A stretch of 31,620 nt of DNA from positions 1-31,620 of the forward strand of contig JAGACT010000026.1 of the NCBI GenBank assembly GCA_017613995.1, given 5' to 3'. Numbering within the stretch: position 1 is the stretch's first letter; the number at the start of each line of letters is the position of its first letter. This document shows positions 25,564 through 31,620 of this stretch, piece by piece. Position numbers and translations under genes: made by a program. Source of the stretch: Eubacteriaceae bacterium (GTDB lineage: Bacteria; Bacillota; Clostridia; Eubacteriales; Anaerofustaceae). The notes under the pieces were generated by a model. It worked only from the letters and a program-made list of their open reading frames with translations. It was not told the DNA's origin and ran no database searches.

Positions 25564-26514
25564 ATGCAGACACCCAAGATAGAATACAGAAACATCAGAG
25601 TAAAGGAAGTGCTGGATCCGGTAACGCCACAGATGATAGAGGCGGCCATCAGGGAAGATCTGGAGCAGCACGCGGTAAAGGAGGAGGCCGCAGGCCCCGC
25701 CATGAACCATGACATAGTCCTTCTGGACTTCACGGGATATCTGGACGGAGTTCCCTTCCAGGGAGGTGAGGGAAAGGACTACGAACTGGAGCTGGGCAGC
25801 GGCACCTTCATCCCGGGCTTCGAGCCCCAGCTGGTGGGCATGGGCGCCGGGGATTCCAAGAGCGTCTTCGTGACGTTCCCCCAGGAATACCAGGAACCGT
25901 CCCTGGCGGGAAAGAGGGCCGAGTTCAGGTGCACCGTGAATAAAGTCTACCGCAAGAAGCTCCCGGTGCTGGACGACGCTTTCGCGGCCTCCCACGGCTT
26001 CAAAAACGTCGCCGAATACAGGATGGACATCTCGTCGAAACTGGATCAGGACTCCAGGACCAACGCCCGCTTCAGGGCAGTCAACGAGGTACTGGACCGC
26101 ATCGTGAAGGCCAACCCCTTCGAGATACCCCCCGAGATCCTGGAGCAGGCCACCGACGGATACCTGGCGGACTTTCTGATGCAGTACTACAGCATCTCCG
26201 ACGTGGACGAGTTCTGCCGCACCACCGGCGCGGATAAGGAAGAGGTCAGAAAACGCGTGGCTCCGGCGGCGGAGAGCCGTCTGAGGGGGGACATCGTCAT
26301 GGCGGCCATCGCGGACGAGCAGAACTTCACCATCACCGCCGAGGAGTTCGAATCGGAGGTGGCCAATATCGCGGAGCGCTACTGCACCGACGTCGAAAGC
26401 GTAAAAAAGATCTACCCCATGGAGCTCATCACCCAGAACATGCGCATGACCAAGACCCTGGATTACCTCTACGACACCTGCGTGGAGAAGGGCAGCCGCA
26501 TAATTCTTGGCTGA
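25564..26514 (+). CDS. trigger factor-like protein lacking the ribosome-binding domain
   Basis: 316 aa; FKBP domain 'DFTGYLDGVPFQGGEG.DYELELGSGTFIPGFE.QLVG...VTFPQEY...LAGK.AEF' plus C-terminal chaperone domain; no GFRxGxxP. Confidence 0.85.
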   Translation: MQTPKIEYRNIRVKEVLDPVTPQMIEAAIREDLEQHAVKEEAAGPAMNHDIVLLDFTGYLDGVPFQGGEGKDYELELGSGTFIPGFEPQLVGMGAGDSKSVFVTFPQEYQEPSLAGKRAEFRCTVNKVYRKKLPVLDDAFAASHGFKNVAEYRMDISSKLDQDSRTNARFRAVNEVLDRIVKANPFEIPPEILEQATDGYLADFLMQYYSISDVDEFCRTTGADKEEVRKRVAPAAESRLRGDIVMAAIADEQNFTITAEEFESEVANIAERYCTDVESVKKIYPMELITQNMRMTKTLDYLYDTCVEKGSRIILG

Positions 26515-26548
26515 AACGGGATATATCTAATAATCGGACGGGATACAC

Positions 26549-26590
26549 CGGACAGTTTGCCCCCTCGGGGGAAAAACTGTCCGTTTTTCT
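26549..26590 (+). terminator. terminator after the tig-like gene
   Basis: CGGACAGTTT-g-CCCCC-TC-GGGGG...AAACTGTCCG followed by a T tract. Confidence 0.8.
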
Positions 26591-26632
26591 TTTTCGAAAG
26601 GGAAAATTAAAATTTGATGAAATTGAATGAGG

Positions 26633-26661
26633 TTGCCTTCACACCCGTTTGGTGGTACAAT
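26633..26661 (+). promoter_or_regulatory. ppsA promoter
   Basis: TTGCCT-17 nt-TACAAT with extended TG. Confidence 0.7.
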
Positions 26662-26716
26662 TAAAAAGTATATTTGTCTGTTCATCAGACAGCGATATTT
26701 TGGGGGTAATCTTAAA

Positions 26717-29089
26717 ATGAAAAAGGATGAACAGTTTCTGTTATGGTTCGACGAGCTGGAAAGGGACGACGTATCCATCGTCGGCGGAAAGTCCTCCTCC
26801 CTGGGAGAGATGACATCCAAGACCGATGTGCCCGTGCCCTACGGCTACGCCACCACGGCATACGCCTACCGCTACTTCCTGGACAAGAACGGCCTGAGGG
26901 GCCGCATCAAGGAAGCCCTGGCGGAACTCACCGACGTGGAGGACAGCGCTCTTCTCAGAACGGTGTGCGAGAAGATCCGCGCCATGATAGTGGCGGAAAA
27001 GATGCCGGAGGAACTGGAAAAGGCTATAAAGGAAGCCTACGGGACCCTTTCGAGGAAAGTGGGACAGGACGAGCCCTTCGTGGCTGTCCGTTCTTCCGCC
27101 ACGGCGGAGGATCTGCCGGACGCCAGCTTCGCGGGACAGCAGGATACGTTTTTGAACGTGAAGGGCGGCGACATGGTGGTGGAGAAGGTAAAGCAGTGCT
27201 ACGCTTCCTGCTTCACGGACAGAGCCGTATACTACAGGGAAAAGCAGGGCTTTGACCACACCCAGGTGGAGCTCTCCGCGGCCATCCAGATGATGGTGTT
27301 CTCGGAGGCATCCGGCGTCATGTTCACGCTGAACGTGACCAACGGCCACGACGACGTGGTGTTCATCGAGGCCTCCTACGGTCTCGGAGAATACGTGGTC
27401 CAGGGCAACGTCACACCCGACAACTACCAGGTATCCAAGGCCAACAGGGGCATCATCGTCAGAGACGTGTATTCCCAGGAGGTCATGCTGGTACGCAAGC
27501 CCGACGGTGACTGCGAGGAGATGCCGGTTCCCGTGGAGAAGAGGGACCGCGCCGTCCTTAACGACAGGCAGATCCTGGAGCTGGCGGAGTACGCTCTCCG
27601 GATAGAGAACCACTACGGCTGCTACATGGACATGGAATGGGGCATCGACGAGCGGGACGGCAAGATCTGGATCCTGCAGGCCAGGCCCGAGACCGTGTGG
27701 TCGAAGAAGAAGAAGGCCGCGAACATCGCCGCCGGCAACTACACGGTGCTGTGCAAGGGCATGCCCGCCTCACCCGGAGCCGTATCCGGCAAGGCCCATG
27801 TCATCAAGGACGTTTCCAACATTGACGATTTCCGTGACGGGGAGATCCTGGTCACCGAAATGACCGCTCCCGACTGGGTGCCCGCCATGAAGAAGGCCAG
27901 GGCCATCGTCACCAATTCCGGCGGTATGACCTGCCACGCTTCCATCGTTTCCAGAGAGCTGGGTATCCCCTGCGTCGTGGGAACCAAGTCCAGGGGTATA
28001 GCCGCCATGGACGTCATCAAGGACGGCATGGAGATCTCCGTGGACGCCACCAACGGCGTGGTGTACGAGGGACTCATCGAGTTTTCGAAGAAGGAGGAAG
28101 CCCGCGAGACAGCGGGAACCGTACAGACTGTGGCCGCCGAGACCTTCCCGGTCACCGGCACCAAGATCTACATGAACCTGGGAGACCCGGACCTGGCGGA
28201 GAGATACGCCAGCCTGCCCTGCGACGGCATAGGCCTCATGAGGGAGGAGTTCATCTGGACCACCTACATCCATGAGCATCCCCTTTATCTGATAAAGACC
28301 GGACATCCCGAGAAGGTCGTCGACATGCTTTCCGACGGCATCAGGAAGGTCTGCCAGGCCATGAGCCCCAGACCCGTGACCCTGCGCTTCTCGGATTTCA
28401 AGTCCAGCGAATACCGCGACCTCACGGGCGGAGACGAGTTCGAGCCCGAAGAGCCCAGCGCCCTGCTGGGATGGAGGGGAGCTTCCAGATACTACGATCC
28501 CAAGTACATCGAGGGCTTCAAGCTTGAATGCCAGGCCGTAAGAAGGGTCAGGGAGGATTACGGACTCAAAAACCTCAACGTCATGATCCCCTTCTGCAGA
28601 ACGGTGGACGAATGCAAAAAGGTCATCTCCATCATGGAGGAGGAGGGCCTCAGAAGAGGAGCCGACTTCAAGGTATGGCTGATGGCGGAGATCCCCGCCA
28701 ACATCATCCTGGCGGATCTGTTCAACGACTACGTGGACGGATACTCCATCGGATCCAACGACCTTACCATGCTGACACTGGGCTGCGACCGTGACAACGA
28801 CACGGTGTCCCCGATCTTCGACGAGCGCAACCTGGCTGTCAAGAGATTCGTCAGAAAGCTCATCGACACCGCCCACAAGGCGGGCAAGACCGTATCCATC
28901 TGCGGGCAGGCCCCCAGCGTATATCCGGAATTCGCGGAGTTCCTGGTAAGAAGCGGCATCGATTCCCTGTCGGTGAATCCCGACATGGTCAAGCAGACCA
29001 AGAAGAACATCGCCCAGGTGGAGCAGAGGATGATGATGGACGCCCTCACGGGCCGCGGCAGAGTCCTAGACACCGATATCGACTGGTAA
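26717..29089 (+). CDS. ppsA: phosphoenolpyruvate synthase (pyruvate, water dikinase)
   Basis: 790 aa from ATG 26717; 'VGGKSSSLGEM', 'VAVRSSATAEDLPDASFAGQQDT', phospho-His 'GGMTCHASIVSRE', 'SIGSNDLT', 'ICGQAPS'. Confidence 0.95.
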   Translation: MKKDEQFLLWFDELERDDVSIVGGKSSSLGEMTSKTDVPVPYGYATTAYAYRYFLDKNGLRGRIKEALAELTDVEDSALLRTVCEKIRAMIVAEKMPEELEKAIKEAYGTLSRKVGQDEPFVAVRSSATAEDLPDASFAGQQDTFLNVKGGDMVVEKVKQCYASCFTDRAVYYREKQGFDHTQVELSAAIQMMVFSEASGVMFTLNVTNGHDDVVFIEASYGLGEYVVQGNVTPDNYQVSKANRGIIVRDVYSQEVMLVRKPDGDCEEMPVPVEKRDRAVLNDRQILELAEYALRIENHYGCYMDMEWGIDERDGKIWILQARPETVWSKKKKAANIAAGNYTVLCKGMPASPGAVSGKAHVIKDVSNIDDFRDGEILVTEMTAPDWVPAMKKARAIVTNSGGMTCHASIVSRELGIPCVVGTKSRGIAAMDVIKDGMEISVDATNGVVYEGLIEFSKKEEARETAGTVQTVAAETFPVTGTKIYMNLGDPDLAERYASLPCDGIGLMREEFIWTTYIHEHPLYLIKTGHPEKVVDMLSDGIRKVCQAMSPRPVTLRFSDFKSSEYRDLTGGDEFEPEEPSALLGWRGASRYYDPKYIEGFKLECQAVRRVREDYGLKNLNVMIPFCRTVDECKKVISIMEEEGLRRGADFKVWLMAEIPANIILADLFNDYVDGYSIGSNDLTMLTLGCDRDNDTVSPIFDERNLAVKRFVRKLIDTAHKAGKTVSICGQAPSVYPEFAEFLVRSGIDSLSVNPDMVKQTKKNIAQVEQRMMMDALTGRGRVLDTDIDW

Positions 29090-29147
29090 AGCCCGGTAAG
29101 CCCCGCGGGCGGGACAGCTCGCCGCGCTGACGGCAAAGAGAAAAAAC

Positions 29148-29192
29148 AAACGGAACTTACGGCATTATTCAAACATCGTAAGTTCCGTTTTT
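29148..29192 (+). terminator. terminator of ppsA
   Basis: 14-bp stem AAACGGAACTTACG-N15-CGTAAGTTCCGTTT with T-rich flank. Confidence 0.65.
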
Positions 29193-29267
29193 CTGTTCTG
29201 TGCGTTTTCCATGGTTTTTGCGCTAAAAATGACACTTTTTCGGGATGATCACCCTCAAACAGGGAAA

Positions 29268-29328
29268 ACCTGCGAATCGGCGGCATATTGACCCGCGAAT
29301 CGGCGAAAAATCGACCTGCGTTTCGGAG
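29268..29328. repeat. three 15-bp direct repeats at a 23-bp period
   Basis: ACCTGCGAATCGGCG (29268), ACCCGCGAATCGGCG (29291), ACCTGCGTTTCGGAG (29314). Confidence 0.7.
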
Positions 29329-29476
29329 CTTCTCCGGCAGGTATCGTGTGCCGGAGCGGAAAAGCATGCTCAGATCCTTTCCCGGAAAGCCTGTGCTGGT
29401 TTGTTCCCCGCTTTTGTATTATAATAGTATTCGGATAAGACTTCTCCGGTGATATCCGTAAGAAAGGAATGCATTT

Positions 29477-30700
29477 ATGACAGACGCAAGGATGAGCTCC
29501 ATATCCGACATCTTCCGCATCGGAAGAGGTCCCTCCAGTTCCCATACCATAGGCCCCGGCAGGGCTAGCCTTCTGATGATGGAACGCTATCCCGACTGTG
29601 ACCGATTCAGGGTCACTCTTTACGGATCCCTGGCAAAGACCGGCAGGGGCCACGGCACAGACCGGGCCATCGCCGAGACCTTCGGTGACATACCCTGCGA
29701 GATACTGTGGGAACCCGATACCGATCCCGGGTCCCTGCCCCATCCCAACACCATGCGCTTCGAGGGTTTCACCTCGGGGGAAAAGACCGCCGACGTTCGC
29801 ATCATGTCCATAGGGGGAGGGGCGATACAGGTGGAAGGGGAGGAGCGGGAGGAATCCTCCGGCATCTACAGCGAGACCACCTTCGGCAGCATCGCGGAGT
29901 TCTGCCGGCAGGACTCCATGAGCCTTTCGGACTACGTCTTCTACAACGAGCCAGGGATAAAGGAACACCTGAGGGCTGTCTGGGCCCAGATGCGCTCCAC
30001 CATCATCCACGGCCTGGAGGCGGAGGGAACTCTGCCGGGAGGGCTGGAGGTAAAGAGGAGGGCAAAGGACCTGTACATCTACGGTTCCCGCAACCGTGAC
30101 CTGGTCAAGAAGGAAAGATTCCTCATCTCAGCCTATGCCTATGCTTCCAGCGAGGAGAACGCCTCCACCGGCATGATGGTCACCGCCCCCACCTGCGGCG
30201 CCTGCGGAGTGCTGCCGGCGGTATTGTACTACGAGCAGCAGCTCTTCGCCCCCGATGAGGAGCAGATCATCTCTGCCCTGGCGGTGGCGGGCATCATAGG
30301 ACAGGTGATCCGCACCAACGCGTCGGTCTCCGGCGCCCAGGCGGGCTGCCAGGCTGAGGTGGGCAGCGCCTGCAGCATGGCGGCGGGAGCCCTGTGCAGC
30401 CTCAGGGGACTGGGCATGGAAAACATAGAGTGTGCCGCGGAACTGGCCATGGAGCACTGCCTGGGGCTCACCTGCGATCCTGTGGGGGGCCTGGTGCAGA
30501 TCCCCTGCATCGAGCGCAACGCGGTGGGAGCCCTCAGGGCCTACGACGCTGCCAGCCTGTCGGAGGTGATCTTCGACAACAGGAAGGTATCCTTCGACGA
30601 CGTGGTGCTCACCATGTACGAGACGGGAAAGGACCTTTCCAGCATCTACCGGGAGACCTCGGAGGGGGGCCTTGCCCGGCTTTACGTGAACAAACCGTGA
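29477..30700 (+). CDS. sdaA: L-serine ammonia-lyase, Fe-S dependent, single chain
   Basis: 'IGRGPSSSHTIGP', 'LYGSLAKTGRGHGTD', 'TAPTCGACG', 'GCQAEVGSAC', 'LGLTCDPVGGLVQIPCIERN'. Confidence 0.95.
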   Translation: MTDARMSSISDIFRIGRGPSSSHTIGPGRASLLMMERYPDCDRFRVTLYGSLAKTGRGHGTDRAIAETFGDIPCEILWEPDTDPGSLPHPNTMRFEGFTSGEKTADVRIMSIGGGAIQVEGEEREESSGIYSETTFGSIAEFCRQDSMSLSDYVFYNEPGIKEHLRAVWAQMRSTIIHGLEAEGTLPGGLEVKRRAKDLYIYGSRNRDLVKKERFLISAYAYASSEENASTGMMVTAPTCGACGVLPAVLYYEQQLFAPDEEQIISALAVAGIIGQVIRTNASVSGAQAGCQAEVGSACSMAAGALCSLRGLGMENIECAAELAMEHCLGLTCDPVGGLVQIPCIERNAVGALRAYDAASLSEVIFDNRKVSFDDVVLTMYETGKDLSSIYRETSEGGLARLYVNKP

Positions 30701-30717
30701 GTTTTATCAAAAAGCGC

Positions 30718-30748
30718 TTGACCTTCCACCGGATGGAAGGTGTATTAT
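30718..30748 (+). promoter_or_regulatory. MerR-type promoter with a CueR-like operator
   Basis: TTGACC-19 nt-TATTAT; ACCTTCC-N7-GGAAGGT at 30721-30741. Confidence 0.8.
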
Positions 30749-30783
30749 GAGCTGCAGGGAAATCATTCCCCGGAGGTGAAATC

Positions 30784-31572
30784 ATGTCCAAAACAATCTT
30801 GATAACAGCAGTCATCGTCTTTGCGTTCGGTCTTCCGACCGCTCTGACGGTATGGTGGAAAAGGAAGACCGGCATCGGCATCGCTCCCTTTCTTGTCGGA
30901 GCGGCCTGCTTTGTGCTCTTCGCATACGTGCTGGAGAGCCTCTGCCACAGCATGGTGCTGATGAGAAACGGAAGCTATACCAGGTTCTACACGGATCCCG
31001 TGCTGTATACGGTATACGGCTGTCTGGCCGCCGGCATATTTGAGGAGACCGGCCGCCTCTTTGGCTTCAAAGTCCTTCTGAAAAAGTATGACACGAGGGA
31101 GACCGCCGTCGCCTACGGCATCGGACACGGCGGCATCGAGGCGATCCTCGTCCTGGGAAGCTCATATGTGATCCTGCTTCTGACATCCCTGGGGGTGAGC
31201 CTGGGAGATCCCGCCGCCGACGTCTACTACGCTTCGGTCCTTGGTGAGCTGACTCCCTTTGTCATGATGCTGGGAAGCGCCGAAAGGATCATCGCCATGG
31301 CAATCCACGTGGGGCTCTCCATGATAGTGTTCACCGCGGCCCGGGATAAGAACCGTTTCGCCCTGTATCCCCTGGCGATCCTGCTGCATGCCCTGGCGGA
31401 CGTGTCCGCGGCACTGTACCAGCAGGGGATCATCACGAGCCTGTACGTGACAGAGCTGCTCGCCGCTCTCGCCGCCATCGCCGTTTTTATTCTCGGCAAA
31501 AGGATACTGTACTCCTCGGGCATACCGTCGATGGGTCAGAAGATCATCGAAGAGGCGAAGACGCAGGAGTGA
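30784..31572 (+). CDS. yhfC: YhfC family intramembrane glutamic/metalloprotease
   Basis: 'LAAGIFEETGR', 'YGIGHGGIEA', 'ERI...H...S', 'AILLHALAD'; multi-pass TM; SD GGAGGT. Confidence 0.88.
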   Translation: MSKTILITAVIVFAFGLPTALTVWWKRKTGIGIAPFLVGAACFVLFAYVLESLCHSMVLMRNGSYTRFYTDPVLYTVYGCLAAGIFEETGRLFGFKVLLKKYDTRETAVAYGIGHGGIEAILVLGSSYVILLLTSLGVSLGDPAADVYYASVLGELTPFVMMLGSAERIIAMAIHVGLSMIVFTAARDKNRFALYPLAILLHALADVSAALYQQGIITSLYVTELLAALAAIAVFILGKRILYSSGIPSMGQKIIEEAKTQE

Positions 31573-31620
31573 ACCGTTTCGGTGACACTGTTCCCCGAAA
31601 TGTTCTGGAATTCAACGAAA

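Noticed and set aside
29268-29336. Possible mini CRISPR array
   Set aside because: Repeats are only 15 bp with 8-bp gaps, degenerate, and there are no cas genes
29193-29476. Glycine riboswitch or T-box upstream of sdaA
   Set aside because: No recognisable glycine aptamer motifs or T-box bulge sequence seen; an Rfam scan would settle it

Overview
GC-rich Bacillota (Clostridia-like) chromosomal segment, read with the standard genetic code. No integrase, transposase, CRISPR array or rRNA is visible. Left part: ireB, a SAM methyltransferase, a DUF5655-like protein, a MATE-MarR operon, and two near-identical tRNA arrays (Val-Asp-Phe-Gly-Cys and Val-Asp-Phe-Gly-Cys-Leu). The arrays bracket a cinnamoyl-esterase-like hydrolase and a desulfoferrodoxin-like protein. 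Two more MATEs and an M20 peptidase follow. Middle part: cdaA-cdaR-FAD oxidoreductase operon, a small interrupted lipoprotein-like unit, and a minus-strand cluster of a two-module esterase, a divergent SpoVAC/SpoVAEb-like membrane pair without SpoVAD, and an aldehyde dehydrogenase. Right part: dnaE, zapA, a cobamide nucleotide-loop cluster with two CobU-like genes, an N-terminally short trigger factor, ppsA, sdaA, and a YhfC-family protease behind a CueR/MerR-type promoter. The best candidate for an undescribed system is the orphan SpoVA-like pair in a catabolic context. All family assignments come from motif recognition by eye, not database searches.
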